This document shows, one piece after another, positions 8,703 to 19,032 of a stretch of 32,953 bases of DNA. The stretch covers positions 1 to 32,953 of the forward strand of contig JAOAIN010000061.1 in NCBI GenBank assembly GCA_026414685.1, written 5' to 3'. The position numbers and the translations under genes are program-made. Every line of letters begins with the position of its first letter. The first letter of the stretch is position 1. A model generated the notes under the pieces. The model was not told where the DNA came from, ran no database searches, and worked only from the letters and a program-made list of their open reading frames with translations. Origin of the DNA: Candidatus Goldiibacteriota bacterium. Its GTDB lineage: Bacteria > Oederibacteriota > PGYV01 > DSYL01.

Positions 8703-9479
8703 ATGAAAAGCGTTTTAGCAGTTATTGAATACATTGTAAAACAGAATATAAGAAACAAAATGTTAAATGTGCTCACAATATTTTCTATTTTTATTATAGG
8801 TTTTTCACTTGCAATAAGTGAACTTGCCCAGGAATCTGAGATAAGAATGTTAAAGGATTTTGGCTTATTTTCTATATCGTTATTATCATTTATAACATTA
8901 TTATTGTCAGTTACAATACAGATGTTTGAAGAGACAGAACTAAAAACAATGCATATTATAATGGTGAAACCAATAAAAAGAAGTGAATATTTAATTGGTA
9001 AATATTTTGGAATAATAACAACTTTATTTATAAATATTTTATTTATGTTTATTGTATTGATGCTGGTTATCAATATAAGAGGAAGCGATCCCTGGGAGTT
9101 AAAATTATTATTATCAGTGTTTTTTATATTTATAAGTATATGTATAATTTCTTCTGTAGCAGTTTTATTTTCAGTTATTGCTACATCTGTCCCGGGTTGT
9201 GTTTTGTTTCTTTTTTTTACTTATGTTTTGGGTCATTTAACCATACATTTAAAAAAACTTGTTGCTCATTCAGAAAATACAGTTATTAAAATTATAGTGG
9301 ATATTATTTATTATGTTGTTCCAAATCTTGAATTATTTAACTTGAAAAATAAACTTGAAACGACATATGGTTTAATTGAACCTTCTTTTTTCTTGTTTAT
9401 TATAATTTATGCAATTTCTTATATATCTATAATTTTACTAATATCAATAAAATACTTTGATAAAAAAGAATTCTTTTAA
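8703..9479 (+). CDS. ABC-2 type permease (PilI-like)
   Basis: About 6 TM helices; KPIKRSEYLIGKYFG and YVVPNL motifs. Confidence 0.88.
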   Translation: MKSVLAVIEYIVKQNIRNKMLNVLTIFSIFIIGFSLAISELAQESEIRMLKDFGLFSISLLSFITLLLSVTIQMFEETELKTMHIIMVKPIKRSEYLIGKYFGIITTLFINILFMFIVLMLVINIRGSDPWELKLLLSVFFIFISICIISSVAVLFSVIATSVPGCVLFLFFTYVLGHLTIHLKKLVAHSENTVIKIIVDIIYYVVPNLELFNLKNKLETTYGLIEPSFFLFIIIYAISYISIILLISIKYFDKKEFF

Positions 9480-9483
9480 AAAT

Positions 9484-10188
9484 ATGATAAAAAAAATTTT
9501 AAAATTTACATTTTTATTTTTTTTGATAATAGCTTGTTGTATTAGTAATTATATTGCTACCAAAGATTTATTCAAAAACCAACCTGAATGGTATTTTTTA
9601 AGAAAACATTCTTTTAAAAAATTCAATCATATTTTAAGTGCTGCAATGGGTTTCAGAGCAGTTATGGCTGATTTTGAATACATATATTTTCTGCAATATT
9701 ATGGAGATCCGGCTAATAAAAGAGAGAGATACATTAAATTATATTCAATTTTTGATTCCATAACAGATATTGATCCACATTTTATTTTTACTTATACATT
9801 TGGTAGTGCTATTTTGGCTTTTGATGTAAAAAGATATGATGAGGCCATTTCATTGATAAAAAAAGGATTGAAATATAATCCTACATTGTGGAGGTTGAGA
9901 TTATATCTTGGAGCCATTGTTTATAAAGAATTAGAAGATAAAGAAAAATATGTAAGTTATCTTGAAGAAGCACTCAAATACGATGATCATCCAGCAATGA
10001 TAGAAAGAATATTAGGACATATTTATGAACAATATAAAACTCCTGATGAGGTAGTTGCTTACTGGGTTAAAATTTATAAAATCACAAAAGATAAAGAAAC
10101 ACGGCAGCATGCCTACAAAAAAATAATTCATTATATTGAGAGTAAAAAAATAAAAAATCCTGAATCAATTTTAGAACAGATAAAATGA
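9484..10188 (+). CDS. Membrane-anchored TPR-like protein (PilG/XapA-like)
   Basis: N-terminal TM/signal; [27 protein letters not shown] and TPR-like helices. Confidence 0.65.
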   Translation: MIKKILKFTFLFFLIIACCISNYIATKDLFKNQPEWYFLRKHSFKKFNHILSAAMGFRAVMADFEYIYFLQYYGDPANKRERYIKLYSIFDSITDIDPHFIFTYTFGSAILAFDVKRYDEAISLIKKGLKYNPTLWRLRLYLGAIVYKELEDKEKYVSYLEEALKYDDHPAMIERILGHIYEQYKTPDEVVAYWVKIYKITKDKETRQHAYKKIIHYIESKKIKNPESILEQIK

Positions 10189-13001
10189 CCAAATATATAG
10201 TAATAAACGGAGCACGTGAGCATAATCTAAAAAATATAAATTTAAAAATTCCACGTGATAAACTGGTTGTTATAACTGGTGTATCTGGTTCTGGAAAATC
10301 ATCACTTGCCTTTGACACCATATATGCAGAAGGTCAAAGAAGATATGTGGAGTCATTATCTGCTTATGCCAGGCAGTTCTTAGGACAGATGCAGAAACCA
10401 GATGTAGATTCAATAGAAGGTTTATCTCCTGCAATTGCAATAGAACAGCGTAGTGCTGGAGCAAATCCACGTTCAACTGTTGGAACAATAACAGAAATTT
10501 ATGATTATTTAAGATTATTATATGCAAGAATTGGTATTCCTCATTGTCCTAATTGTAAAATACCAATAAAGTCCCAGACAGTGCAGCAGATTGTGGATAG
10601 AATACTCAAAATACCTGAAAAAACAAAAATTATGATACTGGCACCTGTTGTAAGAGGTAGAAAAGGAGAATACAATAAATTATTTGAAAATATTAAAAAA
10701 GAAGGTTTTTTAAGAGTACGAGTAGATGGTGAAGTAAAATCTCTTGATGAAAAGATAATTCTTGATAAAAATAAAAAACATTCAATAGAAATAGTCATAG
10801 ATAGAATTGAAACTGGAAATATAAATAAAAAACGTATAACAGAATCTGTAGAACTTGCCTTAAAAATTGGAGAGGGAATAATAATAATAAATCAGATAAA
10901 AGATAATCAAGATATGCTTTTTTCAGATAAATTATCCTGCCCTAACTGTGATTTTTCAATGGCAAAACTGGAGCCACGGATATTTTCATTTAATAATCCT
11001 TATGGTGCATGTCCTGTATGTACTGGATTAGGAAGTCGTGTTGAAGTTGATCCCAAACTTGTTGTTGATGAGGAACTAAGCATTAATGAAGGTGCACTTA
11101 AACCATGGACAAATCAGGAAAGTTATTACTGGCATCTTGTAACGGGTCTTGCAAAGCATATGAATTTTTCTCTTGGAACTCCATTTAAAAAGTTACCAGC
11201 AAATGTTAAAAATGCACTTCTATATGGTCTAAGTGAGGATATCAAATTTCATTACAAGGGTTTTGCAAGCGAATGGAAGCATTACGGACAATTTGAAGGT
11301 TTAATTCCATTTCTTGAAAGAAGATATAAGGAAACAGAAACAGAAAGAATAAGAGAAGAGATATTTGAAAAATATATGGAAGAAAAAGAATGCAGTGCAT
11401 GCAATGGTAAAAGATTAAAGCCGGAATCTCTGTCTGTTTTAATTGAAAAGAAATCAATAATTGATATCACTGAAATGTCCATAGAGAATTGTTATGAATT
11501 TTTTAATAATTTAAAACTTTCTGAAAAAGAAGAAATAATAGCAAGACAGATTCTAAAAGAAATAAAAGGTAGATTACAATTTTTAATCAACGTTGGTCTA
11601 TCTTATCTTACATTGGATAGAAAAGCAGGGACATTATCGGGTGGTGAATTTCAAAGAATTCATCTTGCGACACAGATAGGAGTGGGGCTTGTAGGTGTTT
11701 TATATATTCTTGATGAGCCCTCCATTGGATTGCATCAGAGGGATAATCAAAAACTTTTAAATACTCTGAAAACATTAAGAGATTTAGGAAATACTGTTAT
11801 TGTTGTTGAACATGATGAAGAAACAATATTGAATGCTGATTATATAGTTGATATGGGACCTGGACCAGGTGTTCATGGCGGAGAAGTTGTTGTTGCTGGT
11901 GATATCAATCAACTTATTAAATCAAAAAATTCAATAACTGCAAAATATCTTTTAAATAAAGAGAAAATTAAAATAAAAACTAAAAGAAGACAATTCAGCG
12001 GTGTCTTGGAAATAACAGGAGTAAATAAAAATAATTTAAAAAATTTAAATGTAAAGTTTCCACTCGGTGCTTTTATATGCATCACAGGAGTATCCGGCTC
12101 CGGTAAATCATCACTAATTGCTGAAACATTATATCCTGCATTAACTTACGAAGTTTACAGGGGTATTCATAAACCATCAGGTTATAAGGAACTTAAAAAC
12201 TGGAATTTAATTGATAAAGTTATTGAAATAGATCAATCACCCATAGGTTGAACTCCAAGATCCAATCCAGCAACTTATACGGGTGTTTTTACTGAAATCA
12301 GAGAACTTTTTGCAAATACAAAGGAAGCACGTCTGCGTGGTTATGGCCCAGGTAGGTTTTCTTTTAATGTGCGTGGTGGTAGATGTGAAGCGTGTGCTGG
12401 TGATGGAATTATTAAAATTGAGATGCATTTTTTACCAGATGTCTATGTGCCTTGCGAGGAATGTAAGGGTAAGAGATATAACAGAGAAACACTTGAAATT
12501 TTATACAAAGATAAAAATATCGCAGAAGTTCTTGAAATGCGTGTGGAAGAGGCCCTGAAATTTTTTGAAAATATACCAGGTATAAAAAGAATTCTCGAAA
12601 CCCTTGATGAAGTCGGACTTGGATATATTCAGCTTGGTCAATCAGCCACAACATTATCGGGCGGTGAAGCGCAGAGAGTAAAACTAGCAACTGAATTATC
12701 CAGAAAATCAACTGGAAAAACATTATATATGCTTGATGAGCCAACAACAGGACTTCATTTTGCAGATATTGAAAAACTTTTAAATGTTTTAAACAAACTT
12801 GTTGATATGGGAAATACAGTGATAGTTGTTGAACATAATCTTGATATAATTAAAAATGCTGACTGGATAATTGATTTAGGACCAGAAGGTGGAGATAAAG
12901 GTGGTTTTATTGTTGCCGAAGGCACTCCTGAGGATATTATGAAAAATAAAAATTCATACACGGGACAGTATTTAAGTAAATATTTAAAAAGAAACCTTTG
13001 A
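10185..13001 (+). pseudogene. uvrA: Excinuclease ABC subunit A, full length (938 codons) but with one in-frame TGA at 12249-12251
   Basis: GAREHNLK, two GVSGSGKS Walker A motifs, Zn fingers and two LSGGE signatures. It reads [17 protein letters not shown] and continues in frame into the 12369-13001 ORF. Confidence 0.95.
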
Positions 13002-13165
13002 TAAAATTTTTGTAAAAAATGTTAAAAAGTATTGATAAATTATAGAGCTTATAATATTTTACTCTTTTTATAAATTTAATTTTTCATTTATAATAAATAA
13101 TTAATATGATTAAAAATTACAACACAATCCCATTCTTTAATGCACTTTTGGAAAAAAATATACAT

Positions 13166-13193
13166 TTGACATTGAATAAATTTATTATATAAT
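13166..13193 (+). promoter_or_regulatory. Sigma70-type promoter TTGACA-16-TATAAT
   Basis: Perfect hexamers; AAGGA RBS before ATG 13223. Confidence 0.75.
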
Positions 13194-13222
13194 TATATAA
13201 AATTAATTAATAAGGAACAAAT

Positions 13223-13840
13223 ATGAAGAAATTATTAATGATTATTTTTTTCTTATCAATAATTATAAATTCTAATTGTTTTACAATACAGAATTCCACT
13301 GGAAGATTTGATGTCGGGATTGGCTATGGTTTAACTTCTATTTACCTAAATATGAATTCTTTTGAATTACACGCATTATATAATACAAATGAAGTATTTT
13401 ACATAGGTGCGAGATTTTTATATTTTAACTCATACAGTTATGAATCTATAATCCCCACAACAGGCTATAATACATCCTTCAATGACATTTCTTTATTATT
13501 TGGAATGCAATTTGGTAATTTCAATGAAAGATTTCAATTTGTTTTAAATTTACTTGCAGGATTTGCTTTTGCAGAAAGACAATATGGTGATATATCTACA
13601 TTTGACCCTGTAATATTAAAAAATACATTAAATAATGAAAATCTTACATTTTTTTCACCTTCTTTTGAATTTGGATTAAATTGTTATTTAACTCAAAATT
13701 TTATAATAAATTCAACTTTATCAGTAAAACTTGTCAGAATTAAAGATATGGACTGGGAACATAGACCTTGGCTTATCCAGTTAGGCGAAGAGGATGCATT
13801 TTTATTATACATTCCTGTTCGTCTTGCCTGGAGATTTTAG
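13223..13840 (+). CDS. Small outer-membrane beta-barrel protein
   Basis: Signal peptide, about 8 amphipathic strands, C-terminal LAWRF. Confidence 0.7.
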   Translation: MKKLLMIIFFLSIIINSNCFTIQNSTGRFDVGIGYGLTSIYLNMNSFELHALYNTNEVFYIGARFLYFNSYSYESIIPTTGYNTSFNDISLLFGMQFGNFNERFQFVLNLLAGFAFAERQYGDISTFDPVILKNTLNNENLTFFSPSFEFGLNCYLTQNFIINSTLSVKLVRIKDMDWEHRPWLIQLGEEDAFLLYIPVRLAWRF

Positions 13841-13843
13841 TAT

Positions 13844-15367
13844 ATGAGAGTAATTATTTTTTTAATAATAGCATTATACATAGTGCCATATTTTAATTAT
13901 GCAGCTATTGTAAATCCAGATTCAAATACTATTGTAGTGCAATCAATTGAAAATAAAAACATAAATGAAATTAACAAATTAAAAAAAGAATTATATCAAA
14001 AAGCATTAACCTCATATAAACAAGGACTTGCTTATGAAAAAGAAGGGAATTATAAAAAAGCATTTCTTGAATATCAAAAGGTTTTACAAACAAAAATAAA
14101 ATATCCGCAAATTTATAAAAGGATAGGAATGTGTTATTATTATTTTGGAAATTATGAATATGCAATTAAATATTTTCAGGAATATCTAAAATATTTTCCA
14201 AATGATAATAACATAAAAAATTATATACCAAAATTACAACAGCAATTAAAATTTAAAGAAATAAAATATCTTGAATCAACTGCTCCTACCGCTGAATTTA
14301 AATCACCATTATCAGCAGTTTTATTTTCTCATATTGATTTGCTGCCGCCTGCAATATGTTATCAGGGTTATGGTAATTTTTACAGTAGAAACAGGGGACA
14401 GAGTTGGCTCCCTGTTTCATCTTCTATGTCCTTACTTGGCACTTTTGCTTTTGCAGGTGGAGTTGCACTTCAATTGAATTCTAAAAATTTAGATCCTTTA
14501 TTTTATTCTTTATATAGTTTTGGAGCTTATCTTATTTCTTCGGCTTTTATATTTGACCTTTTTTCCAGTCCATTCATTGCAACTGAATCAACCGAAAATT
14601 TCATTTATCATGCAAAAACAAATAATGTAAAATTACAAGAGCAAAAGGTTGATTATAAAGATCCAGCATTAACTGGACTAATATCAATAATTGGTGGTTC
14701 AATTATTCCTGGAGCGGGCCATTTTTTTGCAGGCGACAATGACACTGCAATAAAATTATTAGTCATCACCCCATTGATTGCTGGAACCACTTGCGGAGTA
14801 GGCCTTGTATTAAAAAATAATGAAGACCCTGATACTGCAAAAATTGGTGAATATGTTTTATGGGGTGGACTTGGAGTATATAGTATAATGCGTTTAATTG
14901 ATTTTTATGGTTCATTATTACATTGCGACAAAATATCAGAAGAATATTATAAACAACTTGTAAATCCAAATAGTAAATTTGTATTAAAAGAAAAAAAACA
15001 AGAAAAGGAACCCTGGATCGCATTTTTAATTTCATTATTACCCATCCCTGGTTCTGGCAATTTTTATGCTGAAAATTACTGGACAGCAGGAACTCTGGCA
15101 GGTACAGGTTTAGCAAGTGCAATAACTTATTTTTCCATTACAGAATCTAATGATACAACAAAAATTTTAAAATATACATTTCTTGGAATTACTTGTTTAA
15201 CAAAACTATATGATATTTTATCTGCCCCTGGCTATGCTACAATTTTCAATGCAGTATATACCGACAAATTAGAGAAAGAAAAGTCATTAAAAAAATCTGA
15301 TAATATTTTTATATATCCAACTTTATTTTCAAATAATTTGGGAATTTCAATTTCTTACAAATTTTAA
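13844..15367 (+). CDS. TPR protein with three TM2/DUF5683/P13-like hydrophobic repeats
   Basis: Signal peptide and TPR motifs, then KSPLSAVLFS..GYGNFY, KDPALTGLIS..PGAGHFF and KEPWIAFLIS..PGSGNFY; ends LGISISYKF. Confidence 0.75.
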   Translation: MRVIIFLIIALYIVPYFNYAAIVNPDSNTIVVQSIENKNINEINKLKKELYQKALTSYKQGLAYEKEGNYKKAFLEYQKVLQTKIKYPQIYKRIGMCYYYFGNYEYAIKYFQEYLKYFPNDNNIKNYIPKLQQQLKFKEIKYLESTAPTAEFKSPLSAVLFSHIDLLPPAICYQGYGNFYSRNRGQSWLPVSSSMSLLGTFAFAGGVALQLNSKNLDPLFYSLYSFGAYLISSAFIFDLFSSPFIATESTENFIYHAKTNNVKLQEQKVDYKDPALTGLISIIGGSIIPGAGHFFAGDNDTAIKLLVITPLIAGTTCGVGLVLKNNEDPDTAKIGEYVLWGGLGVYSIMRLIDFYGSLLHCDKISEEYYKQLVNPNSKFVLKEKKQEKEPWIAFLISLLPIPGSGNFYAENYWTAGTLAGTGLASAITYFSITESNDTTKILKYTFLGITCLTKLYDILSAPGYATIFNAVYTDKLEKEKSLKKSDNIFIYPTLFSNNLGISISYKF

Positions 15368-15460
15368 TTTTTCACTTTTTTCAAAAAAATATATTTTTTA
15401 ATTTTTATTATATTTATTAACGAAAATATAATAAAATTTTCGTAAAAAAATACAATAAAA

Positions 15461-15489
15461 TTGACAAATTTATAAAAAATTGATATAAT
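15461..15489 (+). promoter_or_regulatory. Sigma70-type promoter TTGACA-17-TATAAT with extended -10 TG
   Basis: TTGACA at 15461-15466, TG at 15481-15482, TATAAT at 15484-15489. Confidence 0.8.
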
Positions 15490-15545
15490 TTATATATGGG
15501 AGTAGAAGTTAATTGAAAATTCATAGAGAAAAGGAGGTGAGGAAG

Positions 15546-17426
15546 ATGAAAATAATTATGTTGATTTATTTATTATTTTTCCTTTTTATGGACTCATATG
15601 CTAACTATAATCAAGCCATTTATATAATGGATACAGGAAATAATAGGATTCAAAAATATTCTTTAAATAGTGAATTTATATTATTATGGGGACAATATGG
15701 CAAAGAACCAGGAATGTTTATATCACCATCATCAGTGGCAATATCAAGAGACGGTAATTATATTTATGTTGTTGATACAGCAAATAACAGAATACAAAAA
15801 TTCACATCATCTGGCGAGTTTCTAACATTATGGGGTGGCCCAAATTATGGCACAGTAAATGGTATGTTTGCCAGTCCATCATGTATTGCAGTTAATTTTG
15901 AAAATGGTCAGGATTTTATTTATGTTGCAGATACAGGAAATAACAGAATACAGAAGTTTGACAGTTATGGTAACTGGATAAGTAATATAACCGGATTTAA
16001 TAATCCTCAGGGAATAACAGCAGATTATAATTTTAATTATTTATATGTTGCTGATACAGGAAATAATAAAATTAAAAAATATGATATAAGGGGGAATTTA
16101 ATTCAGGAGTGGGGCGGCTATGGAATAACACCAGGTAAATTCAGGTATCCAAGAGATCTTGCTGTTGATAAAAACAATAAAATATATGTAGCTGATGGAT
16201 TGAATTACAGAATACAGAAATTCACTTCTGAGGGAGTGTTTGAATTACTATGGGGAAGTAAAGGAAGTAATAATGGTCAGTTTTTGGATCATTTTGGTGT
16301 TGCCGTGGATAATGATAATAATGTTTATGTTGCGGATGCAGGAAATAATAGGATTCAAAAATTCACTGAAAATGGGCAATGGATAAGCAGTATTGGAAAC
16401 ATCAATCAGGGTTTTAATCCAGGAGAATTTTATTATCCACAGGGAATAGAAGTTTATATAGAGAGACCTTTGATTTATCCTACGGAAATTATTAACACTC
16501 CTACACAAGAAGAAATTACTCCGACTTTGACTTTCACTTGGACAACTAATCCAACAGAAACATTTACAAGCACTGTTATTCCTACAAGGGAAGAACTAAT
16601 AAAAGAAAATCTAGAGGAAAGTGAAAATACTCCAACATTTACACCTACAGATATTATGCTGGAGATAGAAACCCCTGTTGCAATAGAAACAGAAATAACA
16701 CCTTTTATAACTCCAACATCAACAGATAAACAATGCGAACTGTATTATTCCATTGAATACAATAAAAAGAAATATTTTCATGGTAAATTCATAAAATACA
16801 AAAACTTTATGAAAAAATATAATAAGAATATATGGAATGAAAAAATATCAATATATGAAAATGAATGTGGGGGTTATATTTATGAATTTGAAATGTATAA
16901 CCTAAAAATTTATGTATATGATATTTCAGGATGTTATCTTGATGAAATTGAAGAATTGATAGCAATGAAAAATAAGTTCAGAAAAGGACATTTTTATAGC
17001 TGGTTTATAAAAAAATGTATGAAAAAAAGTTATTATGGAATTGATAAGATTGATGAGATGACTATAATCAGTGTTGTAAAAAATATTTTAAAAGATGCAA
17101 GTGTTGATTACATAAGCAAAACTACTGATACTTTTGAAGAACTTGATGAAACCAATACATTTAATTATCCCAATCCATTCAAAGACAGGACAACTATAAG
17201 ATTTTCTCTTGATAAACCCCAAAATGTAAAAATAATTATTTCAGATATTAATGGAAAAATTATATGGCAAAAATATCTTATGTCATATGAAACACGACAA
17301 GGTGTTAATTATCTTGAATGGACTGGTGTTAATGATTATAGAATGAGAATATCAAATGGAACGTATATTTACAGAATAATTACAGATGAAAAAATAGTAG
17401 TTAAAAAATTTGTTATACTCAAATAG
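15546..17426 (+). CDS. Secreted NHL-repeat beta-propeller protein with P/T/E linker and C-terminal FlgD-Ig/T9SS-CTD-like domain
   Basis: The AGGAGGTG RBS favours ATG 15546. Six IYVADTGNNRIQKF-type repeats; C-terminal NYPNPFKDRTTIRF...WTG...NGTYIYRI...KFVILK. Confidence 0.88.
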   Translation: MKIIMLIYLLFFLFMDSYANYNQAIYIMDTGNNRIQKYSLNSEFILLWGQYGKEPGMFISPSSVAISRDGNYIYVVDTANNRIQKFTSSGEFLTLWGGPNYGTVNGMFASPSCIAVNFENGQDFIYVADTGNNRIQKFDSYGNWISNITGFNNPQGITADYNFNYLYVADTGNNKIKKYDIRGNLIQEWGGYGITPGKFRYPRDLAVDKNNKIYVADGLNYRIQKFTSEGVFELLWGSKGSNNGQFLDHFGVAVDNDNNVYVADAGNNRIQKFTENGQWISSIGNINQGFNPGEFYYPQGIEVYIERPLIYPTEIINTPTQEEITPTLTFTWTTNPTETFTSTVIPTREELIKENLEESENTPTFTPTDIMLEIETPVAIETEITPFITPTSTDKQCELYYSIEYNKKKYFHGKFIKYKNFMKKYNKNIWNEKISIYENECGGYIYEFEMYNLKIYVYDISGCYLDEIEELIAMKNKFRKGHFYSWFIKKCMKKSYYGIDKIDEMTIISVVKNILKDASVDYISKTTDTFEELDETNTFNYPNPFKDRTTIRFSLDKPQNVKIIISDINGKIIWQKYLMSYETRQGVNYLEWTGVNDYRMRISNGTYIYRIITDEKIVVKKFVILK

Positions 17427-17443
17427 GAAACGAGGTGATATTT

Positions 17444-17821
17444 ATGAAAGTATCACTCGCAGAAAGGAGAAAAGCACCAAGAATTCCAGTTGATTTTGGA
17501 ATAAAATACCGTATTTTAAGGGGAAAAAATATACAAAAACTTGAAGAACAGAGTTATAGGATTGGAATTGCGAAAAATATGTCGCAATATGGGATATGTA
17601 TGTCTGCTCCTGATCCATTGGAAGAAGGTGATATAATACATATTAATTTTATTATAAAAGATAGAGAAATAGATGCATTTTGTTCAGTTATATGGTCTGA
17701 AAAAGAACCTATTGGAAATATGTATGAAGTTGGTTTTGAATTTGATTTTCTTGGACATTATGATTCTTTGTATTTAATCCAATATATGGCTGAGATGTTT
17801 GCAAAATACGGTATGATATAA
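17444..17821 (+). CDS. Stand-alone PilZ domain protein (c-di-GMP receptor)
   Basis: ERRKAPR (RxxxR), NMSQYG (NxSxxG), VIW and VGFEF motifs. Confidence 0.88.
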   Translation: MKVSLAERRKAPRIPVDFGIKYRILRGKNIQKLEEQSYRIGIAKNMSQYGICMSAPDPLEEGDIIHINFIIKDREIDAFCSVIWSEKEPIGNMYEVGFEFDFLGHYDSLYLIQYMAEMFAKYGMI

Positions 17822-18012
17822 TAAATAAAAACAATAAAAAATAAAAAATTTTAACACAAAGATATATAAAGAATAAGTTCAATGTTAAGTAATTTAATAA
17901 AAAATTATTAAGAATTCTGGATTTAAATGATAAAAAAGAGTTTGAATATATATATTTGGTAGTGACATTAAATATTAAACTTTAAACTCTGACTTTTAGA
18001 CGAGTTTTAACC

Positions 18013-18041
18013 TTGACTTAACCTTATAAAATTATTAAAAT
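18013..18041 (+). promoter_or_regulatory. Putative promoter TTGACT-17-TAAAAT
   Basis: Near-consensus hexamers upstream of sppA. Confidence 0.55.
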
Positions 18042-18081
18042 ATCTTATGTTTCATTAATTTTAAATTAAAAAGGTTAATAT

Positions 18082-19008
18082 ATGAATAAAAAGACTATTT
18101 TTTTTATTATTATTATTTTGTTTGCTATATTTATATCATATAAACTAATTCCTTTTCAATCAGGAAAAGATATTTCAAGTCTAAATATAGGTAAAAAGCA
18201 AATTGCCCTCATAAATATTGAAGGCGAAATTTCAAATGATTTACATATAATGGAACTTTTGAATCTTTATTCAAATATGAAATCTGTTAAGGCGATCATT
18301 TTACGTATTAACAGCCCTGGGGGGAGTGTTGGTTCTTCTCAGGAAATTTACAGACAGATTAAAAAGGTAAAAGAAAAGGGAAAGATTGTTATATCATCAT
18401 TGAGTGATGTTGGTGCATCAGGGGCTTATTATATCGCAATGGCCGCTGATAAAATATATTCTAATCCTGGAACTATAACCGGCTCAATAGGCGTTGTTAT
18501 AAATTATATAAATGCAGAAAAATTACTTGGAAAGATTGGAGTGGATTTTGTTACTGTAAAATCCGGTAAATATAAAGATGCTGGTTCATTTTCAAGACAA
18601 ACATCAGAAGAAGAGAAACGTTTATTTCAAAAGCTAATAAATGATGTTCATGAACAGTTTGTAAATGATATTGCAGAATCAAGGTTTGAACAGATTGCAG
18701 CAGCTGCAAAGATACAGGAGAAAGAAGAAAAGAAAAGAAAAGAACTTATCAAAAAATATATTATGAACAATATTGCAGACGGCAGAATAATTACAGGTAT
18801 TGAAGCAAAAAAACTTGGTTTAGTTGATGAAATAGGAAATATAGATGATGCAATAGAAGCAACTGCTGCAATGATTGGTATATCCGGTAGACCACTGGTA
18901 ATATCAGAAAAAAAGAAATCAGGTTTAGCATCATGGCTTAATTCAAAATTTGAAAATTTTACTTTTAAAAACGATTATAATATATTAAAATATTTAATGA
19001 TTAATTAA
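18082..19008 (+). CDS. sppA: Signal peptide peptidase SppA, 36K type (S49)
   Basis: RINSPGGS, GASGAYYIA, TGSIGV, KSGKYKD and GLVDEIG motifs. Confidence 0.95.
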   Translation: MNKKTIFFIIIILFAIFISYKLIPFQSGKDISSLNIGKKQIALINIEGEISNDLHIMELLNLYSNMKSVKAIILRINSPGGSVGSSQEIYRQIKKVKEKGKIVISSLSDVGASGAYYIAMAADKIYSNPGTITGSIGVVINYINAEKLLGKIGVDFVTVKSGKYKDAGSFSRQTSEEEKRLFQKLINDVHEQFVNDIAESRFEQIAAAAKIQEKEEKKRKELIKKYIMNNIADGRIITGIEAKKLGLVDEIGNIDDAIEATAAMIGISGRPLVISEKKKSGLASWLNSKFENFTFKNDYNILKYLMIN

Positions 19009-19032
19009 AATAAAGAATCCAAGGAGGATATA

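Noticed and set aside
12369-13001. Separate 210-aa ABC ATPase gene
   Set aside because: It is the in-frame C-terminal part of uvrA; its GTG is an internal Val codon.
17822-18081. Small ORF or ncRNA in the PilZ-sppA spacer, including a weak AAACTC/GAGTTT hairpin at 17984-18007
   Set aside because: No start codon with an RBS supports the short open frame, and the stem is too weak to call.
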